Positions 8,813 through 15,857 of a stretch of 64,000 nt of DNA are shown here, one piece after another. Each line of letters opens with the position of its first letter. The first letter of the stretch is position 1. Position numbers and translations under genes: made by a program. This DNA comes from Dehalococcoidia bacterium (lineage in GTDB: Bacteria; Chloroflexota; Dehalococcoidia; Lucifugimonadales; UBA3495), in NCBI GenBank assembly GCA_963422765.1, contig OY730490.1, positions 2,453,211-2,517,210 on the forward strand, given 5' to 3'. The notes beneath the pieces are model-generated. The model did not search any database. It was given only the letters and a program-made list of their open reading frames with translations, and was not told the DNA's origin.

Positions 8813-10483
8813 ATGCCTACAAAGTTCATCTTCGTCACGGGCGGCGTCGTTAGCTCGCTGGGCAAGGGCATTTGCGTCGCATCCATCGGCCGCATCCTGA
8901 AAAGCCGTGGCCTCAACGTTTCAGTGCTAAAGCTCGACCCCTACCTGAACGTTGACCCCGGCACTATGTCACCCTATCAGCACGGCGAGGTCTTCGTAAC
9001 CCAGGACGGCGGCGAGACCGACCTTGATCTGGGCCACTACGAACGCTTTATAGACCTTGAACTCACCCGCAGCTCCAACCTCACCGCCGGAGACATCTAC
9101 CTCAACCTCATCGCCAAGGAGCGCCGGGGCGACTTCCTCGGCGGGACGATCCAGTCTGTGCCTCACGTAACCAACGACATAAAGGAACGTATCCTCCGAC
9201 TGGCCGGCGAGTCCGGCGCGGAGGTGATTGTGGTCGAGGTGGGCGGCACCGTGGGCGACATCGAGGGCCTCCCCTTTCTGGAGGCCATCCGGCAGATGCG
9301 CAATCAGGTAGGCCGCGACAACGTATTCTATATCCACCTAACGCTGCTGCCCTACCTCTCCGCCGCCCAAGAACTAAAAACCAAGCCGACCCAGCACAGC
9401 GTTAAGGAACTGCGGGCCATCGGCATCCAGCCCGACGCCATCATCTGCCGCAGCGATCATCCCGTTCCGCAGCACATCTGCGAGAAGATTTCCTCCTTCT
9501 GCGACGTTTCCAGCAACGCCGTCATCCCCCTGGAGACGGTGCAGAACGTGTACAGCGTGCCGCTGGTGCTGGAGGAGGCCGGGCTGGGCGACATCATCCT
9601 TGACTCCCTGGCCCTGCCCAGCTATGCCCCCGGCCTGCCATTCTCCGCAGGACTGCCAGTTTCCGCAGGACTAGATGAGTGGCGGGCTATGGTGGAGATG
9701 ATGGACCGCCCCAAGGAACCGCTGCCCATCGCCCTCGTTGGCAAGTACGTGGAATACCCCGACTCCTATCTATCGGTGCGCGAAGCCTTGCGCCACGCCG
9801 GACTGACGCACACCCGCGACGTGGAGTTGCAGTGGGTACACTCCGAGGACATCGAGCGCTACGGCCCCGACGACCTGCTGCGCAGCGTCAGCGGCATAGT
9901 GGTCCCCGGCGGCTTCGGCACCCGCGGCGTCGAGGGCATGGTGGATACCGTGCGCTACGCCCGCGAGCAGAAGGTGCCGTATCTCGGCCTCTGTCTGGGC
10001 TTGCAGGTGATGGTCATTGACTGGGCCCGCAACATCCTGGGGCTGGAGGGCGCCAACTCCGAGGAGCTGGAGCCGGAGACCAGCCATCCCGTGGTGCATA
10101 TAATGCCGGAGCAGGAGGGCGTCACCGTCAAGGGCGGCACTATGCGCCTCGGCGGCTACCCCTGCCGGCCCCAGGCGCGCACCATGACCCGCGACGCCTA
10201 TGGCGGCGCGGAAGTTATGGAGCGCCACCGCCACCGCTTCGAGCTGAACAACGCCTACCGCGAGGCCCTGGAGCAGTCCGGCCTCATCGCCTCCGGTCTC
10301 TCCCCAGACGGCAAGCTGGTGGAAGCCGGGGAGGCGCGCGGCCACCCCTTTATGGTAGGGGTGCAGTATCACCCCGAATTCAAGTCGCGCCCCAACCGCC
10401 CTCATCCCCTCTTCGTCCGGTTCCTCGCCGAAGCCGTCAAGACCATCCGCGAAGGCAGTCAGCCGCCGCTTCCGCTGGAATAG
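8813..10483 (+). CDS. pyrG: CTP synthase
   Basis: MPTKFIFVTGGVVSSLGKG at the N-terminus and a GATase domain with LGLCLGLQ and HRHRFE. Confidence 0.95.
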   Translation: MPTKFIFVTGGVVSSLGKGICVASIGRILKSRGLNVSVLKLDPYLNVDPGTMSPYQHGEVFVTQDGGETDLDLGHYERFIDLELTRSSNLTAGDIYLNLIAKERRGDFLGGTIQSVPHVTNDIKERILRLAGESGAEVIVVEVGGTVGDIEGLPFLEAIRQMRNQVGRDNVFYIHLTLLPYLSAAQELKTKPTQHSVKELRAIGIQPDAIICRSDHPVPQHICEKISSFCDVSSNAVIPLETVQNVYSVPLVLEEAGLGDIILDSLALPSYAPGLPFSAGLPVSAGLDEWRAMVEMMDRPKEPLPIALVGKYVEYPDSYLSVREALRHAGLTHTRDVELQWVHSEDIERYGPDDLLRSVSGIVVPGGFGTRGVEGMVDTVRYAREQKVPYLGLCLGLQVMVIDWARNILGLEGANSEELEPETSHPVVHIMPEQEGVTVKGGTMRLGGYPCRPQARTMTRDAYGGAEVMERHRHRFELNNAYREALEQSGLIASGLSPDGKLVEAGEARGHPFMVGVQYHPEFKSRPNRPHPLFVRFLAEAVKTIREGSQPPLPLE

Positions 10484-10520
10484 ACTATACGCAGACTCCG
10501 CTCGGCCGCAGAGACACAAC

Positions 10521-10655
10521 TATCAAACGCGCCCTCTCCCTAACGGAAGGCGGTGAGAGTGAGCGTGGAGATTATCAAATGCGCCCTTTCCTTAATGGTT
10601 GGGGGCAGCAGACTATCAGAAATTCCCTCTCCCGGTGAGAGAGGGTTAGGGGGGG
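10521..10655. repeat. Three tandem degenerate REP-like elements
   Basis: Each unit begins TATCA(A/G)A and contains CCCT(C/T)TCC..loop..G-rich arm. The last is CCCTCTCCCGGTGAGAGAGGGTTAGGGGGGG, ending 2 nt before the tal ATG. Confidence 0.6.
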
Positions 10656-10657
10656 TA

Positions 10658-11317
10658 ATGAAGCTCTTTCTCGACACGGCCAACCTCGACGAAATCCGCG
10701 ACGGCGCCCGTCTCGGCGTGGTCAGCGGCGTCACCACCAACCCCTCCCTGGCCGCTTCCGCCGGCATCGGCGACCGCGAAGCCTACCGTTCCGCCGTCGC
10801 CGAAATCGCCGCGCTCATCCGCGGCCCCATCTCCGTCGAGGTGGTCTCCACCGACGCCCAGGGCATGGTGGAAGAGGGACGCGACATCGCCAACTGGATT
10901 CCCGACCCGTGGGTCAAAATTCCCAGCACCATCGAAGGCATCGAAGCCATCGCCGCCCTGGCGTCCGAGGGCATCCGCGTCAACCAGACGCTCTGCTTCT
11001 CCGTCAACCAGGCCCTGCTCGGCGCTCAGGCCGGCGCCACCGTTGTCAGCCCTTTCATCGGCCGGCTCGACGACATCGGCCACGACGGCATCGCCCTCAT
11101 CCGCGACATCGCCGGCCTCTTCCGCGAGGCCGCCGTGGATACCCAGGTAATGGCCGCCAGCGTCCGCCACCCCCTGCACTGCATCAAGGCAGCCCAGGCC
11201 GGCGCGCACATCGCCACCGTGCCCTACAAGACACTGCTCCAGATGGCCCAGCACCCCCTGACCGACGCCGGCCTAGCCCGCTTCATCGCCGACTGGCGAA
11301 AGGCGAGCCAAGAGTAG
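10658..11317 (+). CDS. tal: Transaldolase / fructose-6-phosphate aldolase family (short type)
   Basis: MKLFLDTANLDEIR, GVTTNPSL and KIPST are typical of the family. The ATG at 10658 avoids translating the REP elements. Confidence 0.88.
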   Translation: MKLFLDTANLDEIRDGARLGVVSGVTTNPSLAASAGIGDREAYRSAVAEIAALIRGPISVEVVSTDAQGMVEEGRDIANWIPDPWVKIPSTIEGIEAIAALASEGIRVNQTLCFSVNQALLGAQAGATVVSPFIGRLDDIGHDGIALIRDIAGLFREAAVDTQVMAASVRHPLHCIKAAQAGAHIATVPYKTLLQMAQHPLTDAGLARFIADWRKASQE

Positions 11318-11454
11318 CAACGCCCTTAGCTCTACCCCGAAGCGGGCCGGAACTGCCAAACCACCCCGGCGCGGGCCAGCGGGCGCCCCTCTGCGCCAAA
11401 CCTCCCCCGCGCGGGAACGAATATGTTAGACGAACCAGAAATAATGAGGTGACC

Positions 11455-12768
11455 ATGACGGCAACCCGCAAGACTTTGGACGTAGTGGAGTTGGGCGGCA
11501 AGTCCAAGGAAGAACTGTTGAGCCTGGCCCCCGCCGTCGGTCTCGGCGACGCCGCGGCCCTGGACAAGATGCACCGCGAGGACATCCTCGGCCGTCTGTT
11601 CCAAGCCGCTTCCGCCAGCCAGTCCCTCGTCTCCACCGGCATCCTCGAGATAATGGACGAAGGCTATGGCTTCCTCCGCCAGTTTGCCTCCTACCGGCAC
11701 TCCGGCGACGTCTACATCTCCCAGTCCCAAATCCGGCGCTTCGGCCTGCGCACCGGCGACACCGTCACCGGCCAGGTGCGCCCGCCCAAAGAAGGCGAGC
11801 GCTACTTCGGACTGGTCCGCGTCGAGAAAATCAATAACTTCGACGCCAGTGACCCCTCCAGCAGGATTCACGGCCGCAGCCGCCCCGTTTTCGAGCACCT
11901 GACCCCGGTCTTCCCCGAACAGCAGGTGGTTCTCGAAACCTCGTCCAGCGAGCTCTCCACCCGCATGGTAGACCTCTTCGCCCCCATCGGCCTCGGACAG
12001 CGCGGCCTCATCGTCTCCCCACCCAAGGCCGGCAAGACCACTATGTTAAAGCAGATTGCCCACGGAGTCGTCACCAACTGCCCCGAGGCCCTCCTGATGG
12101 TCGCCCTCATCGGCGAGCGCCCCGAGGAAGTAACCGATATGCGCCGCTCCGTAGACGGCGACGTCTTTGCCTCCACCTTCGACGAATCGGTGGAAGAGCA
12201 ATGCCGCGTGGCCGAACTCTGCCTCGACCGCGCCAAGCGCCTCGTCGAGCTGGGCAAGGACGTCGTCATCCTGCTCGACAGTATCACCAGGCTCACCCGC
12301 GCCTACAACTTGGCCGTGCCCACCAGCGGGCGCACCCTCTCCGGCGGCATTGACCCCCTGGCCCTCTATCCCCCCAAGAAGTTCTTCGGCGCCGCCCGCA
12401 ACATCGAAGAGGGCGGCTCCCTCACCATCATCGCCACCTGCCTGGTCGACACCGGCTCCCGTATGGACGAGGTCATCTACGAGGAGTTCAAGGGCACCGG
12501 CAATATGGAGCTTCACCTAGACCGCAAGCTGGCCGAGCGCCGCTACTTCCCAGCCATAGACATCGTGCGCTCCGGCACCCGCCGAGAAGAACTCCTCTAC
12601 TCCCCAGAAGCCCACAAGCAAGTCGTCCTGCTCCGGCGTATGATCGGTATGCTCTCCAACAACGGCGACGGCGCCAGCGCCACCGAGCGCGTTCTGGAGC
12701 GCCTCTCCAAGACCCCCACCAACCACGAATTTCTGCGCACTCTCTCCGCCGCCGCCAGCCCCGCCTAG
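11455..12768 (+). CDS. rho: Transcription termination factor Rho
   Basis: [14 protein letters not shown], Walker [18 protein letters not shown] and [12 protein letters not shown] at 11455 follows GAGGTGA. The tracked 10909 start overlaps tal. Confidence 0.93.
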   Translation: MTATRKTLDVVELGGKSKEELLSLAPAVGLGDAAALDKMHREDILGRLFQAASASQSLVSTGILEIMDEGYGFLRQFASYRHSGDVYISQSQIRRFGLRTGDTVTGQVRPPKEGERYFGLVRVEKINNFDASDPSSRIHGRSRPVFEHLTPVFPEQQVVLETSSSELSTRMVDLFAPIGLGQRGLIVSPPKAGKTTMLKQIAHGVVTNCPEALLMVALIGERPEEVTDMRRSVDGDVFASTFDESVEEQCRVAELCLDRAKRLVELGKDVVILLDSITRLTRAYNLAVPTSGRTLSGGIDPLALYPPKKFFGAARNIEEGGSLTIIATCLVDTGSRMDEVIYEEFKGTGNMELHLDRKLAERRYFPAIDIVRSGTRREELLYSPEAHKQVVLLRRMIGMLSNNGDGASATERVLERLSKTPTNHEFLRTLSAAASPA

Positions 12769-12860
12769 CCCATACCCATAACACGCCCAGACATCCAGGC
12801 CGACAGCCGCCCGCCTAAGTAACAAATCAAAAATAACAAATCAAACCTGAGGGAATCACA

Positions 12861-13196
12861 ATGGAAGAACGCATAGACCGGCTGGAAAACCTTATGGCGG
12901 CGTCAGTTCAGTTGTCCGAAATTATGCTCCGAAATCAGGATCAAATGCGTCGGAACTATCGCCACCTCCAAGAGAACAACCGGCGCAACGAAGAGAACAA
13001 CCGGCGCAACGAAGAGAACAACCGGCGCAACGAAGAGAACAACCGGCGCAACGAAGAGAACTGGCAACGCATCGAGGAAAACAACCGGCTCATGGAAGAG
13101 AGCCAAGAGGAAATCAGATACCTCTTGCAGCGGCTAACCCAGGCGGTGGCCGTAATGCAGGCGGAAATCGTGCGCATTGACGAAACCCACGCTTAG
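12861..13196 (+). CDS. Coiled-coil microprotein, cassette 1 (111 aa, the divergent member)
   Basis: MEERIDRLENL..., four NRRNEEN heptads, and the shared C-module EESQEEIRYLLQRLTQAVAVMQAEIVRIDETHA. RBS GAGGGA. Confidence 0.7.
   Translation: MEERIDRLENLMAASVQLSEIMLRNQDQMRRNYRHLQENNRRNEENNRRNEENNRRNEENNRRNEENWQRIEENNRLMEESQEEIRYLLQRLTQAVAVMQAEIVRIDETHA
12978..13061 (+). repeat. Four perfect 21-nt tandem repeats inside cassette 1
   Basis: AACCGGCGCAACGAAGAGAAC x4 with no mismatch, encoding (NRRNEEN)4. Confidence 0.95.
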
Positions 13197-13277
13197 CGAA
13201 AATCTCACCCAGACCATCAAGGCCAGCCTGCCGAACCATTCTCGCTCAGGAGCGGAATCGAACCGGGAGAAATCAAA

Positions 13278-13529
13278 ATGGAAGAACGCATAGACCGCTT
13301 GGAAAGCCTGCTTGAAGCGTCAGTCCTGCTGGCCGAAACTATGCAACGGAATCATGACCGTATGCGTGAGAACCAGCGGCGCAACGAAGAGAACTGGCAA
13401 CGCATCGAGGAAAACAACCGGCTCATGGAAGAGAGCCAAGAGGAAATCAGAGACCTCTTGCAACGGCTGACCCAGGCGGTGGCCGTAATGCAGGCGGAAA
13501 TCGTGCGCATTGACGAAACCCACGCCTAG
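13278..13529 (+). CDS. Coiled-coil microprotein, cassette 2 (83 aa, minimal form)
   Basis: Same N- and C-modules with the shortest central segment. RBS GGGAGA. Confidence 0.7.
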   Translation: MEERIDRLESLLEASVLLAETMQRNHDRMRENQRRNEENWQRIEENNRLMEESQEEIRDLLQRLTQAVAVMQAEIVRIDETHA

Positions 13530-13608
13530 CCAATCTCACCCAGACCATCAAGGCCAGCCTGCCGAACCATACTCGCTCAGGAGCGGAATCGAACCGGGGG
13601 AAATCACG

Positions 13609-13980
13609 ATGGAAGAACGCATAGACCGCTTGGAAAGCCTGCTTGAAGCGTCAGTCCTGCTGGCTGAAACTATGCAACGGAATCATGACCGTATGCGTGA
13701 GAACCACCGGCGCAACGAAGAGAACTGGCAAGATTATCAGCGGCGCAACGAAGAGAGGTGGCAGGATTACCAGCGGCGCAACGAAGAGAACAACCGGCTC
13801 AACGAAGAGAGGTGGCAGGATTACCAACAACGCAACGAAGAGAACAACCGGCTCAACGAGGAAAACAACCGGCTCATCGAAGAGAGCCAAGAGGAAATCA
13901 GAGACCTCCTGCAACGGCTAACCCAAGCGGTGGCCGTAATGCAGGCGGAAATCGTGCGCATTGACGAAACCCACGCCTAG
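13609..13980 (+). CDS. Coiled-coil microprotein, cassette 3 (123 aa)
   Basis: Starts at MEERIDRLESLL. The central part holds three WQDYQ(R/Q)RNEE(N/R) 11-mers plus NRLNEE(N/R) 7-mers. The tracked TTG start at 13510 lies inside cassette 2. Confidence 0.7.
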   Translation: MEERIDRLESLLEASVLLAETMQRNHDRMRENHRRNEENWQDYQRRNEERWQDYQRRNEENNRLNEERWQDYQQRNEENNRLNEENNRLIEESQEEIRDLLQRLTQAVAVMQAEIVRIDETHA

Positions 13981-14062
13981 CGAAAATCTCACCCAGACCA
14001 TCAAGGCCAGCCTGGCCGAACCATACTCGCTCAGGAACGGAATCGAACCGGGAGAAATCAAA

Positions 14063-14368
14063 ATGGAAGAACGCATAGACCGCTTGGAAAGCCTGCTTGA
14101 AGCGTCAGTCCTGCTGGCTGAAACTATGCAACGGAATCATGACCGTATGCGTGAGAACCACCGGCGCAACGAAGAAAACTGGCGGCTCATGGAAGAGAGA
14201 TGGCAGGATTATCAGCGGCGCAACGAAGAAAACAACCGGCGCAACGAAGAAAACTGGCGGCTCATGGAAGAGAGCCAAGACGAAATCAGAGACCTCTTGC
14301 AACGGCTAACCCAGGCGGTGGCCGTAATGCAGGCGGAAATCGTGCGCATTGACGAAACCCACGCCTAG
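14063..14368 (+). CDS. Coiled-coil microprotein, cassette 4 (101 aa)
   Basis: Starts at MEERIDRLESLL. Relative to cassette 2 the central part gains one 11-mer and one 7-mer. The tracked TTG start at 13961 lies inside cassette 3. Confidence 0.7.
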   Translation: MEERIDRLESLLEASVLLAETMQRNHDRMRENHRRNEENWRLMEERWQDYQRRNEENNRRNEENWRLMEESQDEIRDLLQRLTQAVAVMQAEIVRIDETHA

Positions 14369-14449
14369 CGAAAATCTCACCCAGACCATCAAGGCCAGCC
14401 CGCCGAACCATACTCGCTCAGGAACGGAATCGAACCGGGAGAAATCACG

Positions 14450-14734
14450 ATGGAAGAACGCATAGACCGCTTGGAAAGCCTGCTTGAAGCGTCAGTCCTG
14501 CTGGCCGAAACTATGCAACGGAATCATGACCGTATGCGTGAGAACCACCGGCGCAACGAAGAAAACTGGCAGGATTATCAGCGGCGCAACGAAGAGAACA
14601 ACCGGCGCAACGAAGAAAACTGGCGGCTCATCGAAGAGAGTCAAGAGGAAATCAGAGACCTCTTGCAACGGCTGACCCAGGCGGTGGCCGTAATGCAGGC
14701 GGAAATCGTGCGCATTGACGAAATCCACGCCTGA
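14450..14734 (+). CDS. Coiled-coil microprotein, cassette 5 (94 aa)
   Basis: Same N- and C-modules, one extra 11-mer relative to cassette 2. It is the only cassette ending in TGA rather than TAG. Confidence 0.7.
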   Translation: MEERIDRLESLLEASVLLAETMQRNHDRMRENHRRNEENWQDYQRRNEENNRRNEENWRLIEESQEEIRDLLQRLTQAVAVMQAEIVRIDEIHA

Positions 14735-14812
14735 CGCCGCTTTCTCCTGAGCCTGTCGAGGCGCCCTGCCTCCAGAAATCCGCCGCACCCCCACAGCAGC
14801 GATAGCCGGGCG

Positions 14813-15196
14813 TCAGCCTGCGATTTGCCCAGCTACCAGCGTGGCGATTACCGCCGTCCCCACCCCAATCATCACGTAGAACAGCTTGTCTATCCGCCCG
14901 ATCATACTATCAACGCGGACCTCCAGGCGGTCAATGCGGTCGTTGATCTCCTTGTTATCCTCGGCGTTTTGCCGGGCCAGTTCCGTGATGCGCTGATTGG
15001 TCTCCCGGTTGGTCTCCCGTATGACCTCCATCAGCAGATTGACGTTTTCCGCAATCCGCTGATTCGTGTCGTCTATCCGCCGGTTGTAGGCCGCCATCTC
15101 CGCCGCGGCCCGCTCGTTGCTCGCCTTTATCTCCACTTCCAGCCGGATTAGCCGCTCCACTATGGGGTCCTGCTGGCCCCCGCCGCCGTTAACCAT
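14813..15196 (-). CDS. Tail-anchored coiled-coil protein (XhlA-like architecture)
   Basis: 127 aa with a charged helical N-terminal part (IVERLIRLE, NDRIDRLEVRVDSMIGRIDKL) and a C-terminal hydrophobic helix FYVMIGVGTAVIATLVAGQIAG. It shares the IDRLE motif with the array. Confidence 0.65.
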   Translation of the reverse strand: MVNGGGGQQDPIVERLIRLEVEIKASNERAAAEMAAYNRRIDDTNQRIAENVNLLMEVIRETNRETNQRITELARQNAEDNKEINDRIDRLEVRVDSMIGRIDKLFYVMIGVGTAVIATLVAGQIAG

Positions 15197-15375
15197 CGCT
15201 TGCGCTCCTTTCCGGTTCTGCTCCTCCAGTATAACAGCATACCCGCCAGCGCCTCCGCTTCCAGCCGGATTAGCCGCTCCACTATGTCTCTGTCCCCCGG
15301 CTGCGCCCCGTTTCCTGTGGTCATCGTCCTATTCCCCCGTCCGAACTGTGCGTCCCCGGCCATATCGCCAGCCAT
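15160..15375 (-). other. Partial upstream duplicate of the 5' end of the 14813..15196 gene
   Basis: A 29-nt exact direct repeat (15136-15164 and 15258-15286) encodes IVERLIRLE. The upstream ORF then loses similarity and overlaps the real start. Confidence 0.35.
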
Positions 15376-15434
15376 ATCACCGGCCCCATTTTATTGAAAA
15401 ATCTCAAAAAACAGCCAAAACTGCCCCTCAATCC

Positions 15435-15463
15435 TTGACGCCCCCGTAATCCGTGCGTAATAC
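15435..15463 (+). promoter_or_regulatory. Putative promoter of the large surface-protein gene
   Basis: TTGACG (15435-15440), a 17-nt spacer, then TAATAC (15458-15463). This implies a leader of about 390 nt. Confidence 0.4.
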
Positions 15464-15649
15464 TTGTACCGCTATCATTGCTGTCACTGAGCAACCCTGC
15501 CGGGGACAGCTCCGCCGGTTCACGCCGGACATCTTTCATTCAGGAGGAGGACGCCGCCCATGCAGGCATAAGGCTCCCGCCAGGAGCGGGCCCGCCAGAA
15601 CCCAGGCAACCCTGAAGAGACCAGGCAGAACCGAAAGAAGCCAGCCCCG

Positions 15650-15825
15650 CGGTGCAGCGGGCTCGAGTGGCCCCGATTCCGCGACGGACTGGCAGCCAAC
15701 TAAAGGCAAACCGGCCCATCCGGTGCAGCGGGCTTGAGTGGCCCCGATTCCGGACCCGGCCCCACAACCGGCCGAAAGGCAAACCAGGCTCAACGGAGCA
15801 GCGGGCTCAAGCGGCCCCGATTTCC
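15650..15825 (+). repeat. Three tandem copies of a ~72-nt repeat in the leader
   Basis: The core CGG(T/A)GCAGCGGGCT(C/T)(G/A)AG(T/C)GGCCCCGATT(T)CCG occurs at 15650, 15721 and 15793. Each copy is followed by (G)AAAGGCAAACC-like sequence, and the last runs into the RBS. Confidence 0.85.
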
Positions 15826-15857
15826 GGACGAGTCTGCCGAAAGGAGATTTCCCAAAA

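Larger units (their letters stand above)
12861..14734 (+). repeat. Tandem array of five gene cassettes with near-identical 79-82-nt spacers
   Basis: Spacers 13197-13277, 13530-13608, 13981-14062 and 14369-14449 differ by only a few substitutions or indels. Cassettes 2-5 also share near-identical 5' and 3' coding ends. Confidence 0.9.

Noticed and set aside
10909-11454. The 619-aa version of the rho ORF, starting at 10909 inside tal.
   Set aside because: The extension is Arg/Pro/His-rich nonsense that overlaps tal in another frame. A proper RBS+ATG at 11455 gives a canonical Rho N-terminus.
11318-11454. The C-rich rho leader as a specific riboswitch or attenuator.
   Set aside because: It is C-rich and G-poor in places, which is compatible with Rho autoregulation. 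I could not define a discrete conserved structure, so there is too little evidence for a feature call.
13236-13270. A tRNA-like T-arm motif (GGAATCGAACC, reverse complement GGTTCGATTCC) present in every array spacer. It could be read as a tRNA-fragment att site.
   Set aside because: Only about 3 of 5 T-stem pairs can form. There is no acceptor, D or anticodon arm, and no integrase nearby. The 11-mer match is most simply coincidence within a duplicated spacer.
12861-14734. Interpreting the cassette array as an integron cassette array, a DGR target/template, or a CRISPR-like array.
   Set aside because: The spacers lack attC-type imperfect palindromes and GTTRRRY cores. No integrase or reverse transcriptase is in the window. 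The units are about 330-450 nt and protein-coding.
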